Below, piece by piece: positions 12,939-24,700 of a stretch of DNA of 64,000 bases. The notes beneath the pieces were generated by a model. The model was not told the DNA's origin and did not search any database. It worked only from the letters and a program-made list of their open reading frames with translations. Position 1 is the first letter of the stretch; every line of letters starts with the position of its first letter. The DNA comes from Laetmonice hystrix. Taxonomy: Eukaryota. The position numbers and the translations under genes are program-made. The stretch spans positions 23,126,001-23,190,000 of the forward strand of contig OZ249441.1 in assembly GCA_965235115.1 (NCBI GenBank). The letters run 5' to 3'.

Positions 12939-15900
12939 TTGGCTGTTAATGTCTGTGGCCTTAGGTGTAAACTGGACAACCATATTTTTTCACAGTACGT
13001 GCGTGATTTCGACATCTTGTCCCTGACCGAAACTAAGACAAATAACTACACAACGTCTGATATACCGGGATATACCCCAAAGTTCCAGTCCTGTGCAAAT
13101 AATTACCCCCTGAAAGGTGTGCATGGAATGGTTACATATGTAGTGGATTCTATTGCAGCAAGCGTTAAAGTTATTGAGGGGACGGTCTCTGATCTGGTCC
13201 TTTGGTTGAGCTTTGAGAAGAGTATTCTTGGATATGAATTAATCCTGGGCACGATATATCTCCCACACGAAGGGTCGAGATACTATAGTGATTCTGTATA
13301 TGATGAAATAGCTGATGATGTAATATATATAAATGCCCGTTTTGTTGACCCGCGTGTAATTATTATCGGTGACTATAATGCCCGAACTGGGTGTCTCTGT
13401 GATTTTGTTGATCTGACTGATATCTTAGATGAGCGTACAGGTTTGGATATTAATGACGAAATGTTATTTATGTCGCACTATTCTATGGCAGACAAAGGTT
13501 TTGAAACCAGACGCTTCAATGAAGATAAGGTGGTAAACAACAACGGTAAACGACTCTTGGAATTCTGTAAGAGTATCGATGTACATATTGTTAACGGGAG
13601 GGTGGGCAAAGACCGGGGCATAGGAAAGCTAACCTGTAAAAATGTAAGCACGATAGATTATGCTGTTGCGTCACCAAATTGTTTTGAGGTTATAGAGGAC
13701 CTTGAAGTCGATGTGTTTGACAGATTTCTCTCTGATGTGCATAGCCCTTTGTGTGTGAAGCTCACCCAGTTAGTAACCGCTGATGATGATAATGATGTCT
13801 GTGATTCGGCTAGACCGCCAGTACAAGTTACAGACGAGACTAGCTTAATAAGATGGGACCAGACCGTGGCGGTGGCCTTCGTTCAGGCATTTGATCACGA
13901 CAAGATAACTCGCTTGGGTAACAATATCCTCAGTAGCTCAAATGAGTCGGTCACTCAGTCTGATATAGACACCTATGCGCAGCAGTTGCGGGACATTCTA
14001 ATCCAACCCGCCAAAGTATGTGGGCTGGAAAAAACAATTGTAAGAAAAGGCGCTTCCAAAAAGACACGACTGGTTAAGCCATGGTTTGACAAAGCATGTG
14101 GAAAGGCCCGCTCTGAATATTTTAGGATAAAAAGAAGGCTGAAATGTAAGAGGTCAACCGAACTAGAAGTGGAGTTACGTATAAAATCGAAGGGCTATAA
14201 AAAATTAATTCGTAAGACGGCAAAGAAGTATTACAAAACACTTAACAAAGAATTAAAAAACCTACGTTCTAAGAACCCAAAGAAATTCTGGGATATCCTT
14301 AAAAAAGAAAGTAGTGATGTTAATCCAGTAAATAATGTCCCGCTGGAAGCCTTCTTTGAGCACTTCAAAGTGGCGAACAGTGCTGAAAGTGTTGAACATG
14401 GTGCGGATCAGGAATCTGGCCGCCTACCAGCGGGAGATATGGAAAATGATGACATAAATACGTTGTTTACCACAGCTGAGGTTGTGGACCAGGTGAAAAA
14501 GGCTAAGAAAGGGAAATCTCCAGGATGTGATCAAATCCTAAATGAACTGTTGAAATATGCTCCTCCGTCTCTGATTACTGTAATTACTGCCCTCTTTAAC
14601 ATTATTCTACAGACCGGTAAGGTACCGTCCTCCTGGTGTGACGGAATATTAATACCGATTTATAAAAAGAAAGGAAGTCCGGAGAACCCTGAAAACTTTA
14701 GGGGCATAACCCTCCTTAGCTGCTTGGGAAAGATATTCACTGCTTGTATAAATAATCGGTTGTACAGATACCTAGACTCTGCCGGGATCATTGGCGAAGA
14801 ACAGGTTGGTTTTCGGCCAGGTTATGCGACAGTCGACCACATTTTTGCACTGAATACGCTTATCAACATGTACCTGAGTCGTGGGAAAAGGTTATATTGT
14901 TGCTTCATCGATTACAAATGTGCTTTTGACTCAATCCAGCGCATCTCATTATGGTTAAAGCTACTTAATCAGGGTGTGAATGGGAGGATACTACGGGTGA
15001 TTATGAATATTTATGAACAAGCCAAATCTTGTGTTAGGAAGAATGGGGAACTATCCGATTACTTCCCTTGCAAAAGGGGGGTAAGGCAGGGAGAGAATCT
15101 GTCGCCATTGTTGTTTGCGATGTACCTAAATGATCTTGAATCATATGTTAGTCAATATTATAAGGGTATCAAGGTTAGCGCTGGGGATGGTGTGCGTAAT
15201 TCCTATACTGATGATCGTGAATTATTCTTGAAACTTTTCGTACTGTTATACGCAGATGATACGATTATTATGGCGGAATCCGCAGATGAATTACAAAAGG
15301 CAATTAATGCTGTTGCAGAGTACTGTGATACCTGGAATTTGTCAGTTAACACCAATAAGACAAAAATTGTAATTTTCTCTAGAGGTAAGGTAAGAGTCTA
15401 TCCGGAATTTCGCCTAAAAGACGTTAGCATTGATGTCGTAAGTAGCTATAATTACTTGGGTGTATTATTCAATTATAATGGCCGTTTTCTTAGGGCTATA
15501 TCAAAACAGGTATCGCAGGCGCAACGCGCTCTATTTTACTTACTGACCAAGGCTGTTAACTTACGCTTGTCGATTGATACCGTCATCCATTTGTTTGACA
15601 CTTTGGTTAAACCAATACTATTATATGGCTGTGAAGTGTGGGGTGCTGAAAAATACGAACAGGTAGAGGTCTTCTACCGCCGATTTTGTAAGAAATTATT
15701 GAAACTTAATAAGTCCACCCCGAACTGTATGGTGTACGGGGAATTGGGAATGCCCAATATGGCAGTTACTATCAAACAGAGAATGGCATTGTTCTGGGGG
15801 AAAATTATTCATGGTAAACAGACTAAAATTACATGGCTCCTCTATAAGATTACCAGGGGTATGTCCGACACGGGTGCTATCAGGTCGAACTGGCTCGATG

Positions 15901-16427
15901 CTATTGAAGCTATTTTAAATGAGTGTGGGCTCCCGAATGTCTGGCGTGCTGAAACATTCCCGAATTATGAGTGGTTGAAGCTAACGTTATCCCTCAGGTT
16001 GAACGATATTTTTAAGCAAAAATGGCATGAGGAAGTTACCGAAAGCGGTTCCTGTACCAGTTACAGAATCTTTAAACAAAGCCTAAATATGGAACCTTAC
16101 CTAACGCTGCTGGATCCCGGCCCGAGAACCTACCTCACTAAGTTTAGGTGTGGAAACGTTAAGCTCCCGGTTATAACCGGTAGATATGAAGGCATACTGA
16201 GGCATCAGCGAGTGTGTAATTTATGTACAGCCAATGTAGTTGGGGATGAATTCCATTACCTATTTGAGTGTACGTATTTTAATGATACCAGGAAGTCCCA
16301 AATTAAACCCTATTACCTTAGACGCCCGAATGTATTGAAAATGGAGCAGTTATTTACAATGAGCAGCAGAAAATGGTTGTTACATCTGGCTGAGTTCGTA
16401 AAAAGAATTATGACTATGTTCAACTAA
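12939..16427 (+). CDS. LINE ORF2: AP endonuclease, reverse transcriptase and C-terminal CCHC motif
   Basis: EN motifs AVNVCGL, LTETK, GDYNAR, TIDYAV, SDVHSPL. RT motifs FRGITLLSCLGKIF, QVGFRPG, FIDYKCAFD, GVRQGENLSPLLF, LYADD, YLG. C-terminal CNLC..GDEFHYLFEC. 1162 codons without a stop. Confidence 0.97.
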   Translation: MAVNVCGLRCKLDNHIFSQYVRDFDILSLTETKTNNYTTSDIPGYTPKFQSCANNYPLKGVHGMVTYVVDSIAASVKVIEGTVSDLVLWLSFEKSILGYELILGTIYLPHEGSRYYSDSVYDEIADDVIYINARFVDPRVIIIGDYNARTGCLCDFVDLTDILDERTGLDINDEMLFMSHYSMADKGFETRRFNEDKVVNNNGKRLLEFCKSIDVHIVNGRVGKDRGIGKLTCKNVSTIDYAVASPNCFEVIEDLEVDVFDRFLSDVHSPLCVKLTQLVTADDDNDVCDSARPPVQVTDETSLIRWDQTVAVAFVQAFDHDKITRLGNNILSSSNESVTQSDIDTYAQQLRDILIQPAKVCGLEKTIVRKGASKKTRLVKPWFDKACGKARSEYFRIKRRLKCKRSTELEVELRIKSKGYKKLIRKTAKKYYKTLNKELKNLRSKNPKKFWDILKKESSDVNPVNNVPLEAFFEHFKVANSAESVEHGADQESGRLPAGDMENDDINTLFTTAEVVDQVKKAKKGKSPGCDQILNELLKYAPPSLITVITALFNIILQTGKVPSSWCDGILIPIYKKKGSPENPENFRGITLLSCLGKIFTACINNRLYRYLDSAGIIGEEQVGFRPGYATVDHIFALNTLINMYLSRGKRLYCCFIDYKCAFDSIQRISLWLKLLNQGVNGRILRVIMNIYEQAKSCVRKNGELSDYFPCKRGVRQGENLSPLLFAMYLNDLESYVSQYYKGIKVSAGDGVRNSYTDDRELFLKLFVLLYADDTIIMAESADELQKAINAVAEYCDTWNLSVNTNKTKIVIFSRGKVRVYPEFRLKDVSIDVVSSYNYLGVLFNYNGRFLRAISKQVSQAQRALFYLLTKAVNLRLSIDTVIHLFDTLVKPILLYGCEVWGAEKYEQVEVFYRRFCKKLLKLNKSTPNCMVYGELGMPNMAVTIKQRMALFWGKIIHGKQTKITWLLYKITRGMSDTGAIRSNWLDAIEAILNECGLPNVWRAETFPNYEWLKLTLSLRLNDIFKQKWHEEVTESGSCTSYRIFKQSLNMEPYLTLLDPGPRTYLTKFRCGNVKLPVITGRYEGILRHQRVCNLCTANVVGDEFHYLFECTYFNDTRKSQIKPYYLRRPNVLKMEQLFTMSSRKWLLHLAEFVKRIMTMFN

Positions 16428-16514
16428 GACTAGCGTCCTATTCCTACTGCTATTGTTCTCGAGTCCTACACACTGACACACTCTTATTTACATTGATTGT
16501 ATAGTTTCTCTCAT

Positions 16515-16566
16515 ACCCCGAAAGGGGTTTGTTATGGGAAATAAACCAAACTTCAAACTTCAAACT
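16515..16566 (+). other. LINE 3' end: GAAA-tetraloop hairpin, AATAAA and heptamer tail
   Basis: ACCCC-GAAA-GGGGT 16515-16528; AATAAA 16540-16545; CAAACTT CAAACTT CAAACT 16547-16566. Confidence 0.7.
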
Positions 16567-17236
16567 CGGTATGCCGTTTCGGTCTATTGTTTCGGAGCGG
16601 GTGTTTTGTCAGGCCTTGTCATGCATGTGTCGGCTGCCAACGGATCTCCTCACGTCACCCACAGCTCGTTTGGCGCCGCCGAAAACTTAATCTGAGAACA
16701 AGGTACGGCCGTGACAAACGCTATTATGGAAGGCACCCAGAGCCTATTATTATGGCGGTATGGCGAATTAAATTTCACGTACCGGGTACAGTTAGGATTT
16801 ATCAGATGAGTTGGCCTTTTCTTTTTATAAAAATATAATAGAGGGGTTGTTCATAATAGAAATCTGCAACAGAGGGAGATAGACCCCTATCAAACCGTTA
16901 ACACATGTATTATAGAAGGTCAAGCGGGCAAGGTTTAATTAACCCCCCATTCCGAAAAGCTCCCCCCCCCCATATACCCACAACAGATTCTTGTAGCAGT
17001 AAACATGTAATAAGGATCCAGAGTGGAAAAAATGGAGGCTATGTGGCCTGTGTATGAGATTCTTGGAGTTGGAGCTCAGTAATCGGTCTGACGGTTGTCC
17101 ACAATTACAGCTGTGTACAGAAAGCAGAAGGTCACTGAGGCTGGTACCGATGACAAACTGCTCTAGGATTAGATGAAGGAGCGACCGCCTTCTGGGACCA
17201 ACAGGCTGTAAATGACGGACCTACTGATGACGACAA

Positions 17237-17328
17237 ATACCTGCTTGCCCTCACTGCCGACTCCCTGCTCCCACTCTAAGTGATACCTGCTTGCCCTCAC
17301 TGCCGACTCCTTGCTCCCCCTCTAAGTG
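17237..17328. repeat. 46-bp tandem duplication
   Basis: ATACCTGCTTGCCCTCACTGCCGACTCCYTGCTCCCMCTCTAAGTG x2 with two mismatches. Confidence 0.9.
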
Positions 17329-17811
17329 GCGGTGGTGTTGTTATTCCAGTCTCACTGCGAGCATGTTCACGCATAATTACTCTAAATGGTAGCCGGATAA
17401 ATGGACCATGGAAGTGTCAATAACGCCGCTAGAGTCGGTGTTCAATGAGGTGCAGCAGCTTGCAGCCGCCAGGGTGCTGTTTGCTGCCGGAGCTGGTGGC
17501 AGGTCGGCCGGGGCGGAGAGCGAACAGGGCCGGTGTTTACGCTCGTCGTGTCTGCCGTCACGCTCAGAAAGGTGCGGGTATTGTCACAGGCTGCGCTCAA
17601 CAAGACCCAGTCACGTGCAACACTAACAGACACTCGCCACCGTTGCTTGCTACTACTACCCCCCCCTTCCTCTACCCTACTACACCCCGCCCATCCGGCA
17701 AACACCAACCCCCGCACAACCCTTGTAACTGTTGACGCTTGTCGTGTTGTCCCCGGACATATGATCAGTGATACAAACGTTAATCTCATTTGCATATTTC
17801 AATAATAACCT

Positions 17812-17858
17812 ATTGGATAACAGTGGAGCAGTCATTGGATAACAGTGGAGCAGTCATT
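17812..17858. repeat. 22-bp tandem duplication
   Basis: ATTGGATAACAGTGGAGCAGTC x2, exact. Confidence 0.9.
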
Positions 17859-20800
17859 ACAACTCAGTGCTGACGACCTGGAGGAGCGGCGATGTGGCAT
17901 GGATCGGGCAGGGATGGGACCGGGTAGGGACCGTCTGATAGGGGTGGGGGTGGGGGTTGGGGGTGGGGTTGGGGGTGGGGTTGGGGTGCATGCGGGTCGA
18001 TGTAGAGACATTGTTGATCCGATGCGCCCGGGACAAACTGACAAACATTTACCGTTTCACTTTCAACGTGGTGTTTTGTTTCGTTGTTTTGTTGCCATTG
18101 CTGCATGAGTATTTGAGTTTGTTCAGAATTTGACAATGATAGTGACCCGCAGTTAGAAAGTCATGTGCTCAGATTTCCATGACTTGGACAAACAAGCATG
18201 CAGGCAGAGGACGTGCCAGGCGCGTGCCTTTGTTTGCCGAGCCGCGAGCAACGATCGCTCTCACTGACAGTCACTTAGAAAGAGAAATCCGGACAGAGGA
18301 CATAAGTTTTATGATTTATTTGACTCAGCTGGGAAATTAATCACTGCCTGACAGTTGTCATATTGGTGGCGTTATTTTTCTCCGACTAAATCAATAACCA
18401 TACACGGCAGTCGTTAGAACTCTACTTAGCAATGGTAAAGTTGCAGGTTCTACTTAATTGACTTATTAAGGCTGTATTGAGCCTGTATGTATCACTAAAA
18501 GCATCTCTTTCCGAGCTTCTCGGCTGGTTTTGATCTTCACTTAATGACACATTAAGATTCACATTATAGATGTTTCACAACATATGTGCTCTTTTTTTTA
18601 CTTTGCAAATTTGCTGTTGTTTTTTTGGTGCCTTTAGCGAGCATGCAAAGATACAGTTGTGAGCAGAAGTCTGGGGGTAAAAATGATTGATAGATCAACT
18701 CGGTCGGACGATATGGCGGGTATGATTTCAGATTAGGCTCCCATGATGCCGCATGACGATCCACAAATAATACGTCTCGACACACTGAAACACAGCGCCA
18801 CCTCGTAGAGTTCAAAGGAAGCGCATCTTTATTCGAACGTCACGTCTTGCCTATACAGCCGGGTTGGGCACATGCTTGTGGTGTCATCGCATACAACCAT
18901 TGTATTTAGATGCCGCCATTATGACACTCCGACTTAGAACTTAACAGAAAAAAACAACCCTTCCGTGCCATTGATCTCTCTCTCAAATTTATATTTCTAT
19001 TTTCATCACGTCTCTTTTTTGTCCCTTGCCACCCAAACAAAACGTCACTGAATCCGACACATCAGTACCACTTTGAACCATAGAAAAAAGAGGCGAAAAC
19101 TGGAAAACTCTGTGGAGAATACATCAAACCGGGACAGATTGGTTTTTGCAGGAGGCAGCTTTCAATGGCCAAATCTTGCTGGTTCAAACATTTATATCCT
19201 TCGTAGAAAACAGATCATAAGAAGGGTTCAAACCATGTCTATTAAACCTAGCCATTAGATAGTTTGCAGCGCTGCCACACTTTGAAGTAGCTGAAAAGCA
19301 CAATTACGCCTGATGCTTCGAGGTCGCGTTATCAATTATCAAATGTATAGGGGCCAAAAAAAGCTGTGTTAAAGCAGTGAATAGGAACCTTAGTAGTTTG
19401 ATCCAGGCACTGCGCAGCTTTTTGCTGGGCTGCACTATTTACACATCACATTTACCGAAGTTAAGCCCAGTCAGTGTTGGAAACTGTCTGTTAGTGTTTT
19501 ATGAGGACAATTTTAGAACCTGTCAGATGTCGCCGTAGTAAATCTAGGCCTGAAGATTCCAAGCTGTAACTTTTAAGTTTAGCATCAATGGGATTTAATT
19601 TGTCTGGAGTTCTGTCAGCTGACGGCAATTGCGTAGGCTTGGAGCGAAGAAACGTGATACAGGGTCGTGTTCAAATAGGGTGGGTGAAATGATAAGGTCT
19701 GGCGATGCTGATCAGACAGATGATGATAATCTGATTGTTGGGAGATTATTGAAGCTCTCTTGATTACTCGGTAGACAAATGGCCGCGTGGCGGGGCGGGC
19801 GCGTGTAGCACCGTACGGGGTCTATTCGAGCGGTATTATATCCGCATGGCCACGTCATGGCGGAAGGTGTGCTGTTTCAAAGTCGCCCTCCGAGTCAATG
19901 AGTGTCAACGAATGAAACAGATAAGTTCATCCTCAGGGCCCCCCCCCCCCCCCGCCCTCCCCTCGGAGGTGAGCCCCGGACACCGCTTTGATTTGCATGT
20001 TTCGGGCCCCGCGTCAGTGACTGTGAAATTAGCCGCGGTGTTGGTGATGTGCGCGCAGACGGAAGGGGTCAAATCGCAACAAACGAAAAATGTGGCAGTT
20101 GCCACTCAGGGCGAGCTTTACATTTCACCCCTAACCCTTGCAGGTGTTTCCCGACGAACAAGCACCGTTTATTTTTACGAAATGTCAAGCAAACCCCGAC
20201 AGCGTCAATGCTGATCCCTTGCACAATCCGCGCGATTGCTTAATGCCTGAGGGGGTGGGATGTCAAGCGTGTGGGTCAAATTAAACAGATGCGCCCTAAA
20301 CATACGCACGCCGACAGTTTGTTAAATTAATACCATTGTCAGGGCCATTGGAAGGCAATGGCTCATGACAAATGAATTGGCACAGGTGCTTTCAGTCATA
20401 GCTTGACTAGCATAGATTTCATTACAGGCCAAACACAACATGAATAAATAACGCGGCAAATTCCAGTGGAAGTGGCGAGTTGGTGAGGAAGATCTAAATC
20501 AGCCGCGGGTTACACCAGCCGAGGCCGATAGATTGTGACACGGAATAGCAAGTTTTCTGTGTAAACTTGCATGCCCACTGATGTGGCTCCTCTAACAATG
20601 GTCATTATTGGGAGGAATATAAATCAAGGTACACACACGGAAAATGCTTTGGTTGGCAAACACAAAGATGGGACAGACGGAACCAGGTTGTCACCTGCTT
20701 TTCAGTTGCTTTCATTCGAGATTATAGCAGAACAAAGGCGGCTGGTGCCTTGGAAACTTTCCAAGAGTGCCTTTGGATACTACCAGTAGTACTACTCGGC

Positions 20801-21193
20801 AGCAAAGCATTGTTGTGAAACCAGTCCTTCTACTTAACACGAGTGGTATATGGTTGCTACGAATACAGGAAGTAGAAAATGCGGACTTCAAAACGTTTTG
20901 AGTTGTATTCATTGTTTCATCTATACAACCTGGATTTATACCGATTTTTGTTGTTTTCAAATGTCTAAATTTTCGAACTGTAGATCTGTGGATTTATTTT
21001 TAAACGAAAAGAGGGATCGAACGCTTTCTTGGAATCTTCTATAATCACCAGTCGTGTAGTTCTATTCTAGTCACGTGTAGACATGATTTACAGTTCAGAG
21101 AAAAATGTTCAACGCATTGCATGCCATGGCAAATGAGACAGGAAAACAAAAGAAGGACACACTGTGGGCAGCACAACTATCTCAGGAGACGCT

Positions 21194-21400
21194 CTTACGA
21201 TTCACCAGACGATATTTACAATGTGGTGACAGGAGTTTCAGACAGCTTCAGAAATTGGTATGTGCAACGAAAAAAAGGAGACAACTTGCATTTTGATGCG
21301 ACGCCTTGTCTTCCCAACGCCCGCCAAAGAAATGGTTCTTGACGAGATCCGCCGACTGTAAGAAATTCAGGTTTCCAAATATAAATATTGTACCACGACA
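21194..21400 (+). pseudogene. Decayed PIF/Harbinger-like transposase N-terminal fragment
   Basis: Across frameshifts it reads LRF..DDIY...ETTCILMRRLVFPT, resembling the Harbinger motif FRF.K.DIY...EALCILLRRLAYP. Multiple stops and shifts; the DDE core was not seen. Recognised from memory only. Confidence 0.4.
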
Positions 21401-21508
21401 GGAATGGTCAATGAGCATTGGGAGTACAGAATCGAAATCATTGGGAGTGAGCCAGCCTGTTTTGTATCTCATCCCTTTCAGGGTTAACACTGATTCTTTT
21501 ATATATTA

Positions 21509-21724
21509 TGCGGTTTATTATTCCTTGATGTAAAGGTTCTAGCGGTGATTTTTGCTACAAAATAGTATACACCTGACCACATAGAATTTGGCGACGCTGC
21601 CGACTCATTCAGTGCCGTATTCCGGAGTCTGTGGTTCTGTAAATGACGTTTTCACATACAGCTGCGGTAAGTAACGCAGGAAAATTGGCACCGACCGCAT
21701 TGTTTAAGGTGCTGCTTTGTGGTT
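21509..21724. promoter_or_regulatory. Homotypic cluster of six Runx sites (candidate autoregulatory enhancer)
   Basis: TGCGGTT 21509, GACCACA 21575, TGTGGTT 21630, TGCGGT 21663, GACCGCA 21693, TGTGGTT 21718. Confidence 0.55.
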
Positions 21725-24700
21725 GGCAGAGGCTAGTGGATTACAATGAGGGGCAACCGCCTTACACTGGCACGGTCATAGACACAGATACATCGCCCCG
21801 ATTTAATGGAAACTCTCCCCGCCTTGTGACCGTCATAAAGGAAGTATTTTCAAATTGTCTTTTCATCACGGCAAGACAATGTCGAATCACATGCAGCTGA
21901 GCTGGAATTATTCTGCAGACTTCTTTTTCAGATCTGGTCGTCTAAAGGTAACGACAAAGGCGAATTGTTTTGTTGCATGACCTGGGTTATCTTGGCGACC
22001 GGTCGCCTGCTCCCCGCTCTATGTGTGATGGCGATGGAGCATTGTGACCCAGCACTCATCGCGGAGACGGTGGCGAAAATGTACGTGACGAGTCATCACA
22101 CCAACGGTGAATGACCGTGAACAACGTCGGCAAATAGCAAGTTCAGCGCACGTCAGCCATCCGGGCTAAGCCGAATAGATTTATAGCGGATGATTTTTAC
22201 AGCTACTCTAGGTAATTTATCAGGAGGAATTATTTGAACTGGAAACAGAAGGAATGTGATCAGAGGGCAGCAGGGCAGTCGGGGTATATAGAGGGTGCGC
22301 CCCCGCCTGGGCGCCCACTCTCCGGGTGCATGACGTGTTGGATCATCGGTCGTATATAGTCCTCACACAGGCTGAGCGTGTCTGCCTGCCCTGCACCCAC
22401 CAACATAATCAATCAAAGTCTTGGATCCAGGGTTAAACTTTATATTCATTGGAAACGCTGCCTTCTCATCAACAACCAGCTCCGTTAAGTGGACCAAGTT
22501 TTTTTTTTGGTTCTCATTGGAATTCATGCTGGCCACGAACAAGTACGTACCGCCGGGGTGCCATGCCGCCGGTATAAGAGACGTGCGTGATAAACTGATG
22601 CCAAGAGAAGAGATTCCCATTGGATCACATAATCGAATAAACTCCGTGTATGTCCCCCGGTGCGGCGATGACCACCGACAAAGCAAAGCCAGTTTACTTA
22701 CCAAGCAGTGGGTGATGCCGCATTGCCCCGTCTTAGAAGTGGTTTGCGTTTTTCGTTGGTGGAGTCTGCGGCCACGTTTGAGGCAATGTCTTATCAAATA
22801 TCTTCCCTGCTCGGTTAGTACGTACGCCGCTCAGCAGTGCTTGTGGCCAGATTTTGTCAGGGCGCGGTTTTTGAGGGTTTCTGGTTGCCTAGGTAGCGGG
22901 GTCTGCGGACGCACATTAGGAGGCTCTGTGGTCCAGCCCCCCGTCTGTCTGACGGTCGGGAGGGGGGAGGGTACCGATTTTTTTTGCCCATCGGTTGTGC
23001 AGGGCAGGATGCAAGACAAAAGGGGGTGGGGGGGGGGGAGGCGCCCAGTCTTGGAGGTTTCTGGATTGCGGGGGCTGAGATTCGAAACTGGCATTGACTC
23101 GACCACGTGGAGCGGGGGGCGGGCGCCATAAATGGGAAGCCCATTGTGCCTGGCCCAGCCCATTTCCCTGCGTATTGTTTTGGGAGTCAGTGAAATTGCT
23201 GTGTGATTTTTCGTTTATTCTTGCAAGCATATGCGTCGGGCCTAATATTCATGAGTACGTGGGCGGAGGGGGAGGGGTCCAGGCGGGCGGCCAGCGCGAG
23301 GGGGTGGATCCCCGCCCGTGCTCGCCACGCCTAAAACAATAGCATACCATCTGCTAGCATTTGATCGGACTTGACAGGAGTCCAAGCCCTAATGGTGGAC
23401 GTTTGCTCGAGCCATGCCTGAGCCCCGCCCACCCCAGCATGCAGCAGTGCGCAGTGCCCCCCCCCCCCGGGAGGAGCAAGGCCCGGAGCGCGCATGCCCC
23501 ACCGATCGATGGGAGCAGGCAGGCAGCGTGCCCAACGGGGCATGGTAATTATGTTTGTGTACAGGCATCAGATAATTAGCGAGTCGTCAGCACCTGCAGT
23601 GGGACAGCAGGTAAACAATGGCGGGGAGTAGTAGTAGGCAGAGGCGCTGCTGCTGCTGCTGCTTCTGCTTCTGCTACAGGCGCCAGTCGCCCGTTCTGTG
23701 CGAGACCCAGCCCCTCACTTCAGCTGGCCTCCAGAGTTGCCCTGATACAAGGGGTTCCAACTTTTGCTCCACCAAGACCCCCGGGCCGCATGCTTGTTCC
23801 CCCACTCGCCCACTCGCATGTCGATTGCACAATGGCGCGAAGCTCGGGCACGTGTCGTGAAATTAGAGCCATGGCGACTTTGGCATCTCAGTGGCACTTG
23901 TTCGCATTGCAGAGGCCAAATTAGTCCCGACACACGAGGCCACTTGCAGTAGTGTGCCACCATTGTCAGCCCGATCACGAAAACCAATAGATTTTTATGG
24001 GCTAGCACTCGGGCTGGTTTCATTGCCACTTGCAGCAGCAGAACCGTGGGCCTGATGCCATCCCAGGACAAAAAATAGTAATCGTACATCGAATAACCCG
24101 CAGCATCCAGGTAGCACGTCGGCCGTTCGGCCTTAAGCTCGCAATTCATGGTCCTTTACCCTATAATACCCTTACAAATGTCGCAAATCCTGTTGTCAGT
24201 GAGCGTGTCAATTGGACTTCTATAGGTAGGGCGGTGTAAGTGGTCGGCGGGAGCCGGTTAGGTAGTGTCCTCCTACTTCTCACCCCGCGGGGCGGGCCTG
24301 TCACAAACCCTGGGCGGGCGACCGTTTGATGTCCATTCACCCCCCCCCCCGATCATCACCGAAATGATCATTATGGCGTGGATGGCCAAGCATGTGTCCT
24401 GTTACGTATGTAACACTGACCTGGCGCTCGGTCAGCCCTCCTTGACCGGCCCTGTTGTGAACCCCCAGCTTTGATCGCTCCACCCCACCGTTGTGCTCGC
24501 AATCAGGGCTCCCCGTTCACAGGGCTTACCGTCCCTCACACAGTCCCTCCTGTCCCTCACACAGTCCCGCAGCATGGAGGACACAACAAACACCTCACAG
24601 CCCGGTCTGACGATATCAAAGCGCCGACCTGTGGGCTGAGTTCGCTCAGGTGTACCGTGTTTCCTCAGGTGAACCCCCAAAGAGCACCTGGCTGGCATGA

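Larger units (their letters stand above)
11892..16566 (+). mobile_element. Apparently full-length, uninterrupted non-LTR retrotransposon (APE-type LINE; RTE-X-like, clade uncertain)
   Basis: ORF1, EN-RT ORF2 and a 3' UTR ending in AATAAA and (CAAACTT)n. The 5' boundary is not resolved and no TSD was found. Confidence 0.95.

Noticed and set aside
22421-23131. 236-aa plus-strand ORF
   Set aside because: GC-rich, runs through homopolymers, no domain, and overlapped by equally long ORFs in other frames.
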